Of a stretch of DNA of 64,000 bases, positions 17,380-27,362 are shown one piece after another. Position 1 is the first letter of the stretch; the number at the start of each line of letters is the position of its first letter. This DNA comes from an uncultured delta proteobacterium (GTDB lineage Bacteria > Desulfobacterota > Desulfobacteria > Desulfobacterales > JAFDCJ01): positions 160,001-224,000 of the forward strand of contig CAVYNY010000016.1 of assembly GCA_963769935.1 (NCBI GenBank), read 5' to 3'. Made by a program: the position numbers and the translations under genes. Below the pieces are notes generated by a model that saw nothing but the letters and a program-made list of their open reading frames with translations, was not told the DNA's origin and did not search any database.

Positions 17380-18378
17380 TTGGCCGGGAGAACAAACCGT
17401 CATCTGCTCGAAATTACCGACCTGGATGTCAGTTTTGAACTGCAACAGGGCCTTGCCCATGCCCTGCGGGGAATCGATCTGTGCCTGAACAGCGACGAAA
17501 CCCACGCCCTGGTCGGCGAGTCGGGGTCCGGCAAGACGGTGACTTCCATGTGTGTCATGGGTTTGCTGGCTGTTCCGCCCTGCCGGGTGAATCGCGGAAA
17601 AATTCTGTTTCAGGGCCGGGACCTGTTGACGCTTTCCGAACCGCAGAAGCGCAGGCTGCGGGGCAAAGACATCGGCATGATATTCCAGGAACCCGGCAAA
17701 TACCTCAACCCGGCTTTTAAAATCGGCGAGCAGATCACGGAGTCACTGATTTTGCATTTTAAGATGGAACGCAGGCAGGCGGTCGAACAGGCATTGGAAT
17801 TGCTCGGTCTCGTCGGTCTGGGGCAAACCAGGCGGGTTTTGTCCAGTTATCCTCACGAGCTTTCCGGCGGCATGAAGCAGCGGGCCATGATTGCCATGGC
17901 CATTGCCTGTCATCCGGCCCTGCTGATCGCCGATGAACCGACCACGGCCCTGGATGTAACCCTGCAGCTGCAGATTCTGAGGCTGATTCACAGACTCAAG
18001 ACAAAGTTCTCGATGGGAATTTTATTCATTTCGCATGACCTGGGAGTGGTCAAAGAGATTGCAGATCGAATATCGGTTATTTACGCCGGAAGGATCGTCG
18101 AATCAGCCTCCGCCGAACAGCTGTTTGAAAACCCCCTGCATCCATATACAAAATTACTGTTGTTGTCCATACCGGATGCCGCCAAACGGGGAACTCGCTT
18201 GCGGGCGATTCCGGGAAACGTACCCGATGCGCAGCACATTCCTCCGGGATGCAGTTTCCACCCGCGCTGCCCTCTGGCTGAGGACGGATGCCGCCGGGAG
18301 ATACCCCCGAGCATCTACTATGAAGACGGCCATCAGGCGGCCTGTTTTATGATCGGCAAAAAATGGATCGATTCCTAG
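17380..18378 (+). CDS. Peptide/nickel ABC transporter ATP-binding protein (DppD-like)
   Basis: GESGSGKT, YPHELSGGMKQR, ADEPTTALD, HPYT, C-terminal Cys cluster. Confidence 0.92.
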   Translation: MAGRTNRHLLEITDLDVSFELQQGLAHALRGIDLCLNSDETHALVGESGSGKTVTSMCVMGLLAVPPCRVNRGKILFQGRDLLTLSEPQKRRLRGKDIGMIFQEPGKYLNPAFKIGEQITESLILHFKMERRQAVEQALELLGLVGLGQTRRVLSSYPHELSGGMKQRAMIAMAIACHPALLIADEPTTALDVTLQLQILRLIHRLKTKFSMGILFISHDLGVVKEIADRISVIYAGRIVESASAEQLFENPLHPYTKLLLLSIPDAAKRGTRLRAIPGNVPDAQHIPPGCSFHPRCPLAEDGCRREIPPSIYYEDGHQAACFMIGKKWIDS

Positions 18379-19328
18379 AAATAAGAAGTCTGGTAAAGCA
18401 CTTCTACGGCCGGGGTATGCTTAATAAGCGCAGGGTCGCCGCGCGCGCCGTCGACGGGGTAAGTTTCGGCATCGAGCACAGCGCGGTTTTCGGGCTGGTG
18501 GGTGAATCCGGCTGCGGCAAAACCACCCTGGTTCGATCGGTCCTCTATCTGGATCCGCCCACTTCCGGCGAGGTCTGGTTTGACGGAACCCAGCTCGGCT
18601 CGCTGTCACCCCGGCGCCTCAGAACGTTTAGAAAAAGAATGCAAATTGTTTTTCAGGACCCCAACAGTGCCTTGAACCCTAAAATGAGGATAAAAGACAG
18701 CCTGGCGGAAGGGCTCGTCAATCTCAAATTTCCGGTCCGGGAAAGATCCCGGCAGATAAAAAAAATGCTTGATCTGGTCGGTATTGCGGCCGCTCACCGC
18801 TCGCGTTATCCGCATGAGTTTTCAGGAGGCCAGAAACAGCGCATTGTAATCGCCCGCGCGTTGTGCATGAAACCGGATTTTCTGGTGCTGGATGAACCGG
18901 TATCCAATCTGGACGTTTCCATCCAGGCCCAGATCATCAATCTTTTGGTGGACCTCAAAAAGGAGCTGGCGCTCACGTATCTGTTCATCTCCCACGATCT
19001 GAATCTGGTGGCCTATTTCAGCGATCGGATTGGGGTGATGTATAAGGGAAGGTTGGTTGAGGTAGCCTCGACCGAGCAACTGATGAATCATCCCTGCCAT
19101 CCTTACACCTTAAAGCTGTTTTCCTCGATACCCGGAAAGCAGAAAGTCTCGGAAGAAGCCGCCCCGGGCGAAGCATCAGAGCGTCTCAAAAGCCAGAATG
19201 CCGCAGCGTGGCCGGCATCGTGTCCGTATACGTCCGGCTGCTCTCTGGGCGACCGGGCCTGCAGCGAAGCCGAACCCGAGCTAAGAGAAATCGGCGCCGG
19301 ACACCAGGTGGCCTGTTTTAAAGTATGA
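18363..19328 (+). CDS. Peptide/nickel ABC transporter ATP-binding protein (DppF-like)
   Basis: GESGCGKT, YPHEFSGGQKQR, LDEPVSNLDVSIQAQ. Confidence 0.92.
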   Translation: MDRFLEIRSLVKHFYGRGMLNKRRVAARAVDGVSFGIEHSAVFGLVGESGCGKTTLVRSVLYLDPPTSGEVWFDGTQLGSLSPRRLRTFRKRMQIVFQDPNSALNPKMRIKDSLAEGLVNLKFPVRERSRQIKKMLDLVGIAAAHRSRYPHEFSGGQKQRIVIARALCMKPDFLVLDEPVSNLDVSIQAQIINLLVDLKKELALTYLFISHDLNLVAYFSDRIGVMYKGRLVEVASTEQLMNHPCHPYTLKLFSSIPGKQKVSEEAAPGEASERLKSQNAAAWPASCPYTSGCSLGDRACSEAEPELREIGAGHQVACFKV

Positions 19329-19577
19329 AGGTTCAGGGTTCAGAGGTTTGGCGCTTCGCGCTGCCCGCTGCGACCCCGCATGCAGGGTTTTGGTTTAAAG
19401 GATAAAGGTTTTGGGTGTCCCGGCGCGGACCGCTGGCATCCGCAGTTTTCAGTTTGATCGAAAAATAAACTCTAATAAAAGGCGAAAACCCGCCTGCCAC
19501 GCATCGTGGGTTGGGCTAGCGTAATCAATAACTTATTGAGCAAACAGTGCGCAACGCAAATAAAGGAGGAGGAGACC

Positions 19578-21089
19578 ATGAAACAATTTTTTTCTTTAGC
19601 TTTCTGCTTGAGTCTGACAATTCTTCTGGGAGCCGGTATTGCGCTGACCGCCGGCCCGGCCGCAGCCCGAACATTAAACTTTGCACTGAGCGGAAATCCG
19701 GACACGTTGGATCCTCAAAAGACTGCGGGGACTCTAACCTTCCAGACCCTGAAATCAGTTTATGATACTCTGGCGGAACCGGATCCGAGCGGGAAAATCG
19801 TTCCGGCGCTGGCAGACAGATGGGAGGTCTCCGGCGATGCCCTCACCTGGACATTTTATCTTAGAAAAGATGTCGTTTTTCACAACGGGGACAAACTGAC
19901 CGCCAAAGATGTCAAGGCAACTTTTGACCGGATCATGGACAAGGCCACGGCTTCGCCCAAGGCCAAAGAATTTAGTGCGATCGCGGCGATCGAGACGCCC
20001 GACGATTTTACCGTGATCTTAAAATTAAAGGAACCGGCCTCGCCCCTGTTGGCCACGCTGGCTTCAGGTTGGGGTGCCATTTTGCCCAAACGCCTGATCG
20101 ACAGCGGCCATGATTTCGGAGCCCAGCCCGTCGGCACCGGCCCTTTTGAGCTCAAAAAATGGGTGCGGGACAGCCAGATCGTCCTTGAAAAAAACAAGAA
20201 TTACTGGATGAAAGGCCATCCCAAGCTGGACCAGGTTATCATGGACATCATCCCGGAGCGGGCCGTTGCGATTCAGGGTCTCATATCCGATCAGATCGAT
20301 GTGGCCTATCTCATCGACAAAGACGACCTGCCGATCCTGGAAGCCAGCCCGGATGTGAAAATCGAAAAATCAATGACGTCCCTGATTCTGGTGATGTCCA
20401 TCAATTGCAGCAATCCCGTATTACAGGATCTGCGGGTGCGCCAGGCGATCAATCTGGCCATCGACAAGCAAAAAGTGCTGGATGTAGCCTATAACGGCGG
20501 CAAACCGATCGGGACATTTATGGACTACGGCAATGCCTATTACAAGGATTTCACCGCGATGTATCCTTACGATCCGGAAAAAGCGCGCAAGCTGCTGGCC
20601 GAAGCCGGCGTCGGCCCGGAAACGACCTTTGAGCTGTATTTGCCCCAAAATTACGAGATGCATGTCAAAGCCGGTGAAATGTACCAGGACATGCTGACTA
20701 AAGTCGGGCTGAATGTTAAAATCAAGCTGGTGGACTGGTCGACCTGGATCAGCGATGTCTATCGGGATGCAAAATATGACCTGACCGTCATCGGACACAC
20801 CGGCAAACTCGATCCCGACGGAACCCTGGCCGGTTATGGAACGCAAAGTCGCTATGTCAGATGGATAAATCCCCGTGCCGCCGGGCTGATTGATGAAGCC
20901 CGCAAAGTGTCCGGGTTCGAAAACCGCAAAAAGCTCTATGACGAAGTATTGGAAATCATGGCCAGGGAAGTCCCTTTCATGTATTTGGGAACATCATACC
21001 GCTACACGGCTGTCAGAAAAAATGTGTCCGATTTCAGAATTACCCCGATACTGGATACGTTTGACTTCAGGTGGACCACACTTAAATAG
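19578..21089 (+). CDS. ABC transporter substrate-binding protein, family 5 (DppA-like)
   Basis: Signal peptide, LDP, PALA..WEVS.D, FHNG, GTGPF, VRQAINLAID; GGAGGAGG RBS. Confidence 0.92.
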   Translation: MKQFFSLAFCLSLTILLGAGIALTAGPAAARTLNFALSGNPDTLDPQKTAGTLTFQTLKSVYDTLAEPDPSGKIVPALADRWEVSGDALTWTFYLRKDVVFHNGDKLTAKDVKATFDRIMDKATASPKAKEFSAIAAIETPDDFTVILKLKEPASPLLATLASGWGAILPKRLIDSGHDFGAQPVGTGPFELKKWVRDSQIVLEKNKNYWMKGHPKLDQVIMDIIPERAVAIQGLISDQIDVAYLIDKDDLPILEASPDVKIEKSMTSLILVMSINCSNPVLQDLRVRQAINLAIDKQKVLDVAYNGGKPIGTFMDYGNAYYKDFTAMYPYDPEKARKLLAEAGVGPETTFELYLPQNYEMHVKAGEMYQDMLTKVGLNVKIKLVDWSTWISDVYRDAKYDLTVIGHTGKLDPDGTLAGYGTQSRYVRWINPRAAGLIDEARKVSGFENRKKLYDEVLEIMAREVPFMYLGTSYRYTAVRKNVSDFRITPILDTFDFRWTTLK

Positions 21090-21148
21090 GCTAAGAATCG
21101 AGCGCCATAGACGGAGCGACATTAATCAGAAATCTGGTTTGAATCTAA

Positions 21149-21219
21149 GGAGTGATGGAGTAGTGGAGTAATGGAGTAATGCCGATCAATCCCAACACTC
21201 CAACACTCCAATACCCCAT
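21149..21219. repeat. 8-nt periodic inverted arms (GGAGTAAT)n / (CAACACTC)n
   Basis: GGAGTGATGGAGTAGTGGAGTAATGGAGTAATG..CCAACACTCCAACACTCCAATACCCC. Confidence 0.7.
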
Positions 21220-21233
21220 AGTTTTTTTCCATC

Positions 21234-22043
21234 ATGCATACTCGTCGCAACATCATATTTTATCTTTCCATCATTTTTCTGGTGATGCTGGGCGCCGCCG
21301 CCGCGGCGGCGCCCCTGATCGCGCCGTACAACCCAACCGCCCAGAACCTGGAGCAGCGGTTTAAGGCACCAGATCGGCTGCACTTTCTGGGCACCGACAA
21401 CTTCGGCCGGGATATATTCAGCCGTGTCATTTTCGGATCCCGGTCCGCCCTGCTGGTCGGTATTGTGGCCGTCACGATCGCGGTTGTTATCGGCACGGTT
21501 GCAGGGCTGGCAGCCGGCTTGGCGGAAGGGTATGTCGACAACCTTTTAATGCTGCTGATGGACAGCCTGCTCTCGTTTCCAACCATTTTGCTGGCCATAA
21601 CCGTGGTGTCTTTTCTGGGCTACGGCCTGCTCCAGGTGATGCTGGCCATCGGCGTCATCTTCAGCCCGGTGTTTGCCCGCCTGGTCCGGGCGGAAACTCT
21701 GGCCATCAAGACCGAAGCATACGTCGAAGCTTCACGGTCTCTGGGCAGCCCGATCGTCAAAACAGTTTACAAACATATTATTCCCAACCTGCTCGGCAAA
21801 GTCATCGTTCAATGCTCCATTACCTTTGCGCTCACGATCGTGATCGAGGCATCTCTCGCGTACCTGGGGCTTGGCTCCCAGCCGCCGACGCCAAGCTGGG
21901 GATTAATGCTCAAGGACGCCCGCAACTATCTCGCGCTGGCGCCCTGGATGGCGATTTATCCCGGCCTGGCATTGGCGTTGACGGTTCTATGCTTCAACAT
22001 CCTGGGGGACGCTTTATCGGAAAAATTGAATCCGAAGCTATAA
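21234..22043 (+). CDS. Peptide/nickel ABC transporter permease (DppC-like)
   Basis: LGTDNFGRD, FARLVRA, YVEASRSLG, HIIPN, PSWGLML. Confidence 0.92.
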   Translation: MHTRRNIIFYLSIIFLVMLGAAAAAAPLIAPYNPTAQNLEQRFKAPDRLHFLGTDNFGRDIFSRVIFGSRSALLVGIVAVTIAVVIGTVAGLAAGLAEGYVDNLLMLLMDSLLSFPTILLAITVVSFLGYGLLQVMLAIGVIFSPVFARLVRAETLAIKTEAYVEASRSLGSPIVKTVYKHIIPNLLGKVIVQCSITFALTIVIEASLAYLGLGSQPPTPSWGLMLKDARNYLALAPWMAIYPGLALALTVLCFNILGDALSEKLNPKL

Positions 22044-22362
22044 AGAATTAAGAGTCTATTGCGCTTATTGCGTTTGTTGAGTTGATTTCGCGTTGCGGGT
22101 TGTAGGTTGCAGCACTTAAGTATCATGTGCCAGTCCAATTGCTGGTCGCCCACAGCGACGCTGACACCTGCCACCTCATATGAAACTACATCTCACACAG
22201 AGCGCTCAGAGATCACAGAGGTCTGGGTTTACAGGCGCCTGCGGCGAAAGAAAAATGTTCTCTGCGGTCTCTGTGAGCTCTAACGGCTTGTCGGGTCGTA
22301 GCTCGAAGAGCGAAGCCTGAAAGTGGGCGTGATATTAAATCCAACTGTGTCCGATTTCCAAA

Positions 22363-22417
22363 AGTTTCTTTTATGATCAGACCGGCCGTCGTTTTGGCCG
22401 GCGGCGGCGCTGACACC
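22363..22417 (-). repeat. Reverse copy of the GGTGTCAG..GGCCGGTCTGATC..AAAGAAAC element
   Basis: Reverse complement matches 13540-13593. Confidence 0.7.
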
Positions 22418-22476
22418 CAATTTGTGTTGTCTGTCTTCTGTCATCGTCTGTCATCTTGACCAATAAGGAGAGCACT

Positions 22477-23292
22477 TTGCAAATCGGCATCTTATCTGAC
22501 CTGCATATCGATCTCGAAAATAACCAACCCGGCGGCATTTTGGCGGGACTGGTTGCAGCGGTGAATGAAAATAAGGTCGAAACCGTAATTATTGCCGGCG
22601 ACGTGGCCAATGATTATGAAATCACGCTGGATTTCCTGCACGACTTTGAAAAAGCGTGCAACGTGCGCTGTCTCTTTGTTCCCGGCAATCACGACATCTG
22701 GAACGAAAAACACCCGGGCAAATCTTCTTGGGACATCTATCAGGCGCTGCAGTCGTTCGCAGGCAATCTGGCCAGCGGTCCGGTCGCACTGACCGATGAC
22801 TGGATCGTCATCGGGGACCTCGGCTGGTATGATTATTCCTTTGGCAGCCCGAAATACACGGCCGCAGAATTCGATCGCATGCAGATCAAAGGACGCCTCT
22901 GGCAAGATAAGGTTAAAGCGGTATGGGGAATATCCACCGTCGAGATGCATGACTTCTTTTATAATAAGCTTGAACAGCAGCTGGAAGCCTTTAAAAATAA
23001 ACGCATCATTTTCGTAACCCACGTGCTGCCCATCCTTGACTTCACAGTACAGCCACCGGATGTAATGTGGAATTATCTGAATGCATTCCTTGGCAGTGCG
23101 CAATACGGAGAGCTGGCATTAAAATATTCAGTGGCGTACTCCATCAGCGGTCACGTTCATTACCGTCGGCAGGTCAAACACAAAGATACGATGTTCATTT
23201 GCAACTGTTTGAATTACGCCAGCCAGTGGTATGACAACACTGATCCGGTTGTTGAAGTTCGAAGGGCCTTTAAAACCATTGAGATTAATTAA
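22477..23292 (+). CDS. Calcineurin-like metallophosphoesterase
   Basis: SDLH, AGD, PGNHD, TH, GHVH; AAGGAG RBS before TTG. Confidence 0.88.
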   Translation: MQIGILSDLHIDLENNQPGGILAGLVAAVNENKVETVIIAGDVANDYEITLDFLHDFEKACNVRCLFVPGNHDIWNEKHPGKSSWDIYQALQSFAGNLASGPVALTDDWIVIGDLGWYDYSFGSPKYTAAEFDRMQIKGRLWQDKVKAVWGISTVEMHDFFYNKLEQQLEAFKNKRIIFVTHVLPILDFTVQPPDVMWNYLNAFLGSAQYGELALKYSVAYSISGHVHYRRQVKHKDTMFICNCLNYASQWYDNTDPVVEVRRAFKTIEIN

Positions 23293-23503
23293 TCCGCCCT
23301 GAAAAATAAAGTCCTGGCGGTTGTGCATTGTTCTATGTAAATTGAAGAAAGTTGGTAGATCGAAGGTTCAGCGGATTAATTAGCTTTTTGTTCTTGACAA
23401 CACAACCTCGATCTCTTAACTTTTTATATTATTAGTTACTACGCTTTCAAAGAATCATATTCAAACCTGAACACACACTATTTTTCAGGGCGGATTAATT
23501 AAT
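23284..23503. mobile_element. MITE-like element with perfect 25-bp inverted ends
   Basis: ATTAATTAATCCGCCCTGAAAAATA (23284-23308) is the exact reverse complement of 23479-23503. Confidence 0.65.
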
Positions 23504-23576
23504 ATTAGGGGTGGCTTCCGAAGCCTGAGATTACACCCTTTGAACCTGATCTGGATAATGCCAGCGTAGGGAAACG
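23503..23576 (+). ncRNA. TPP (THI-box) riboswitch
   Basis: TAGGGGTG..CTGAGA..ACCCTTTGAACCTGATCTGGATAATGCCAGCGTAGGGAA upstream of thiM. Confidence 0.95.
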
Positions 23577-23606
23577 AGTGGAAGAACAATTGCGAGATGC
23601 AAACCC

Positions 23607-23640
23607 AGCCGTTTCCCGGAGGAAACGGCTTTTTTATTTT
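23607..23640 (+). terminator. Terminator of the TPP riboswitch
   Basis: AGCCGTTTCC-CGGA-GGAAACGGCT + T tract; 5' arm complementary to aptamer GGGAAACG. Confidence 0.88.
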
Positions 23641-23706
23641 GTATATAATCTAAGCTTATTTTTTTCAGGCCGAACCATAAGAGCAAAATTAAAAAGAGGC
23701 TAAATT

Positions 23707-24513
23707 ATGACAAGTCTATCGGATAAAGCGGCGGAAAATCTGGCCGCACTTCGCAAAAAAAAACCGCTGATTCACAATATCACCAACTTCGTCGTCATGA
23801 ATTATACGGCCAATGCCCTTCTGGCAATGGGCGCGTCACCTGTAATGGCCCATGCTCAAAACGAAGTGGAAGATATGGTTTCATTTGCCGGTGCACTGGT
23901 TCTCAACATCGGCACCCTGACGGATGATTGGGTCGCTTCCATGATCAAAGCCGGCAAAAAAGCCACCGCTTTGGGCATACCGATCATCCTGGACCCGGTG
24001 GGTTCCGGCGCAACTGCCTTGCGGACAAACTCGGCCAAAAAAATTATCGAGGCGGCGGCCGTCCGTGTCATCCGCGGCAATGCATCGGAAATTCTATCTT
24101 TGCGGCATGAGGACTCCGGCACCAAAGGCGTGGATTCGGTGCACTCCGTCGACGATGCCGCGGAAACAGCCAAAATACTGGCACAGGCACTGACCACCAC
24201 CCTGGCGATTACCGGTCCGGTGGATCTGGTCACCGATGGCCGACGGGTGGTCCGGATATCAAACGGCCATCCGCTGATGGGGTTTGTCACGGGCACCGGC
24301 TGCGCAGCAACGGTTACCATCGGCGCATTTCTGGCAGTGGACAACGACCCGGTCAGTGCGACGGCAAGCGCCCTGGCATACTTCGGACTGGCCGGCGAAG
24401 TGGCCGGTCAGTCGGCATCGGCCCCGGGAAGTTTTATGATTCAGATGCTCGATGCCCTTTACACCATTACACCGGAAAAGCTGAGGGAAGGATGCAAGAT
24501 TCAAAATGAATGA
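23707..24513 (+). CDS. thiM: Hydroxyethylthiazole kinase
   Basis: PLIHNITNFVV, GASPVMA, LDPVG, IRGNASEI, VTGTGC. Confidence 0.95.
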   Translation: MTSLSDKAAENLAALRKKKPLIHNITNFVVMNYTANALLAMGASPVMAHAQNEVEDMVSFAGALVLNIGTLTDDWVASMIKAGKKATALGIPIILDPVGSGATALRTNSAKKIIEAAAVRVIRGNASEILSLRHEDSGTKGVDSVHSVDDAAETAKILAQALTTTLAITGPVDLVTDGRRVVRISNGHPLMGFVTGTGCAATVTIGAFLAVDNDPVSATASALAYFGLAGEVAGQSASAPGSFMIQMLDALYTITPEKLREGCKIQNE

Positions 24514-24540
24514 GATCCAATTCAATTTTTGCGAAACGCC

Positions 24541-24670
24541 TCACCGCCGAGAGCGCAAAGCGCGCAGAGATTATTTAGAATTTTCTTCCTCAGCGTTCTC
24601 TGCGGTGAACTATAGTGTTTCTTTTTTGACCAGACCGGCCCTTGTATTGGCTGACGGCCGTGCTGACATC
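24541..24670 (-). repeat. Reverse, shorter member of the 13540-type repeat inside the thi operon
   Basis: TCACCGCCGAGAGCGC..TCTCTGCGGTGAACTAT..GTTTCTTTTTTGACCAGACCGGCC..GCTGACA. Confidence 0.65.
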
Positions 24671-24686
24671 TATATCGATATTCGCC

Positions 24687-25337
24687 ATGAAGCTTCAGAA
24701 AATTGATTACTCATTATACCTCGTCACCGACCGTGGTCTGGCAAAAGGCCGCGCTACCCTGGAAATCGTCAGGGCGGCTGTGGAAGGGGGCGTCACCTGC
24801 GTACAGTTGCGGGAAAAAGAATGCTCGACCCGGGAATTCATCGAACAGGCTTTGGCTGTTAATGAATTTCTCAAAGAGCGCGGGGTGCCGCTTATTATCA
24901 ATGACCGGGTGGATGTGGCGCTGGCTGTTGCAGCGGACGGTGTGCATCTCGGCCAGACCGACATGCCGCTGAAAGCCGCTCGCAAGATTCTGGGAGACTC
25001 AATGATCATCGGTATATCCGCCGAGTCGCCTGAAGACGCCGTTGAAGCTGAAAGAGGCGGTGCGGACTACCTGGGGATCAGCCCGATTTATGCCACCCCC
25101 ACCAAGACCGATACCGCGCCGCCGCTCGGCCTGGAGGGTTTGCGTGCAATCAGAGAGGCCGTGAAATTACCGCTCGTGGGCATTGGCGGATTAAACCGGG
25201 ACAATGCCGCCGAAGTCATCAGAAGCGGCGGCACCGGGGTGGCGGTGGTGTCGGCCATCGCAGCCGCCGGTGATCCGGCCGCCGCCGCGCGCAGCCTCAG
25301 GCAAATCATCGATAAGGCCAAAAAAACATGGACTTAA
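24687..25337 (+). CDS. thiE: Thiamine-phosphate synthase
   Basis: LYLVTD, VQLREK, INDRVD, GVHLGQTD, TPTK, GIGG. Confidence 0.95.
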   Translation: MKLQKIDYSLYLVTDRGLAKGRATLEIVRAAVEGGVTCVQLREKECSTREFIEQALAVNEFLKERGVPLIINDRVDVALAVAADGVHLGQTDMPLKAARKILGDSMIIGISAESPEDAVEAERGGADYLGISPIYATPTKTDTAPPLGLEGLRAIREAVKLPLVGIGGLNRDNAAEVIRSGGTGVAVVSAIAAAGDPAAAARSLRQIIDKAKKTWT

Positions 25338-26338
25338 AAGAAATCGGAGAGTTCGGCTTTATCAAAAAGATCAGCCGGGGATGCCTGATTCGACCGGAAA
25401 GGGTTATTAAGGCCATCGGCGACGATGCGGCCGCCTTTACGACGGACCCCGATAAAGTTGCGCTTATCACGACCGACTTGCTGGTCGAGCGCATCCACTT
25501 TTTGAGAAAGTCGATATCCGGCTTTGACTTGGGATATAAATCCCTGGCCGTCAATTTAAGCGACATCGCGGCCATGGGCGGTACGGCCTGCGAAGCATTT
25601 GTCAGCATCGCCGTCCCGCCGGATTGCTCACTGTCGTATCTGGAGGCCGTTTACGACGGGATGAAGACATTGGCAGCGAGATTCGATGTCAACATCCTGG
25701 GCGGAGACACGACCACCTCTAAAATCGATCTGATTATCAATGTGGTGGTGTATGGATCGGTGGACCGCGAACAACTGCTGTGCCGGGACGCCGCCCGGCC
25801 CGGTGACCTAATTTTTTCGACCGGGTACCTGGGAGACAGCAGGGCCGGTTTACACTTGATCCTCAATAATATCCCGGCCGAAACCGATCGATTGCAAAAT
25901 CTGGTGCACGCCCATCTTCGCCCCGAACCCCACCTGCAGGAAGGACGTTTTTTAGCGCAGCAGTCTGCCGTCAGGGCGGCGATCGACACCAGCGATGGAC
26001 TGAGTTCCGACCTGGGCCACATTGTCGAGGAAAGCAGTGTCGGCGCAACCCTCTATTATGAAGACATTCCCGTCTCCCAAAACCTTAAGGCATTTTGCGG
26101 ACAATTTAATTTTGACCCGGCCGAATACGCCTTGTCCGGCGGCGAAGATTATACCCTGCTTTGCACCATAGCACCCGCTGAAGCCGAAAGAATCGCCGGG
26201 GATTTTCAAACGACGTTCAATCGCCGACTTTTCAGGATCGGTGAAATTACGGCGGAGAAAAGAATGCAGCTCATATATCCGGATGGGTCAGCCGGGCAGA
26301 TTGCCCTCAGCGGGTGGGATCATTTCAGGACCGGGTAA
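25328..26338 (+). CDS. thiL: Thiamine-monophosphate kinase
   Basis: GEFGFI, IGDDAA, NLSDIAAMG, GGDTT, DTSDGL, GGEDY. Confidence 0.95.
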   Translation: MDLKEIGEFGFIKKISRGCLIRPERVIKAIGDDAAAFTTDPDKVALITTDLLVERIHFLRKSISGFDLGYKSLAVNLSDIAAMGGTACEAFVSIAVPPDCSLSYLEAVYDGMKTLAARFDVNILGGDTTTSKIDLIINVVVYGSVDREQLLCRDAARPGDLIFSTGYLGDSRAGLHLILNNIPAETDRLQNLVHAHLRPEPHLQEGRFLAQQSAVRAAIDTSDGLSSDLGHIVEESSVGATLYYEDIPVSQNLKAFCGQFNFDPAEYALSGGEDYTLLCTIAPAEAERIAGDFQTTFNRRLFRIGEITAEKRMQLIYPDGSAGQIALSGWDHFRTG

Positions 26339-26395
26339 AAGACATCTCCAAGGCATCGAACATGATGGGAAGTTATTTGTTAGTTAGGTAACCAA

Positions 26396-27223
26396 ATGAA
26401 GCGTACAAATGAAAAACGAGAGTATTACAAGGTACTGACGATTGCCGGTTCCGACTCCGGCGGCGGAGCGGGAATTCAGGCCGATTTAAAAACCATTTCC
26501 GCCATCGGCTGTTACGGAATGTCCGTGATCACCGCTCTGACGGCCCAAAATACCCTGGGGGTCACCGGAATACACCCCGTACCCCCGTCGTTCGCCGCTG
26601 AGCAGATGACCGCCGTCTTCAGCGATATCGGCGCCGATGCCGTAAAGATCGGCATGCTGTATTCGGCCGAACTGATCAAAGTGGTGGCCGAGCAGCTGAA
26701 AAAATTTGGCGCTAAAAATATAGTTCTGGATCCGGTAATGGTGGCTCAAAGCGGGGACAAGCTATTGCAGGACGACGCCATTCAGGCCATCAAGGACCAC
26801 CTGATGCCGCTGGCGGATGTCGTGACGCCGAATCTTCCGGAAGCCCGGGTATTATTGGGCCGTGAAATCCTGGGACTCGAGGAGATGCAAACTGCGGCCG
26901 AATCTTTGGCCGAATACGGCAGCCGCAGCATTCTCATCAAAGGCGGTCATTTGCAGGAAAACAAAAGTACGGACGTGCTGTATCTGGCCGGGGAGGCGCG
27001 CTGGGTCGCACTTGAAGCCGACCGCATCGCAAGCCGCAACAACCATGGAACCGGCTGCACGCTGTCCGCGGCAATCGCCGGCTATATGGCCAAAGGCTGC
27101 GGTATTGAAAAAGCGGTCCGCCAAGCCAAGATCTACATCCAGAACGCCATTCGGGCGGGTGCGGTTTACACGCTCGGGAAAGGACACGGCCCGGTGCATC
27201 ATTTTTTCGAATTCTGGCAATAG
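26396..27223 (+). CDS. thiD: HMP/HMP-P kinase
   Basis: LTIAGSDSGGGAGIQADLK, KIGML, DPVM, TPNLPEA, KGGH, HGTGC. Confidence 0.95.
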   Translation: MKRTNEKREYYKVLTIAGSDSGGGAGIQADLKTISAIGCYGMSVITALTAQNTLGVTGIHPVPPSFAAEQMTAVFSDIGADAVKIGMLYSAELIKVVAEQLKKFGAKNIVLDPVMVAQSGDKLLQDDAIQAIKDHLMPLADVVTPNLPEARVLLGREILGLEEMQTAAESLAEYGSRSILIKGGHLQENKSTDVLYLAGEARWVALEADRIASRNNHGTGCTLSAAIAGYMAKGCGIEKAVRQAKIYIQNAIRAGAVYTLGKGHGPVHHFFEFWQ

Positions 27224-27362
27224 CCCCCGGCCGGGCGATATTTGTCGGCTGCGAAATTTCCGGATTCCTGCCTTTTTAGCAATGACGGTCTGTGTTGCGG
27301 AAATCTCCCCGACAACTCATCTATTCTTTGCGCTTTTCCAGGCTGATTTTGCGCGATCGGGG

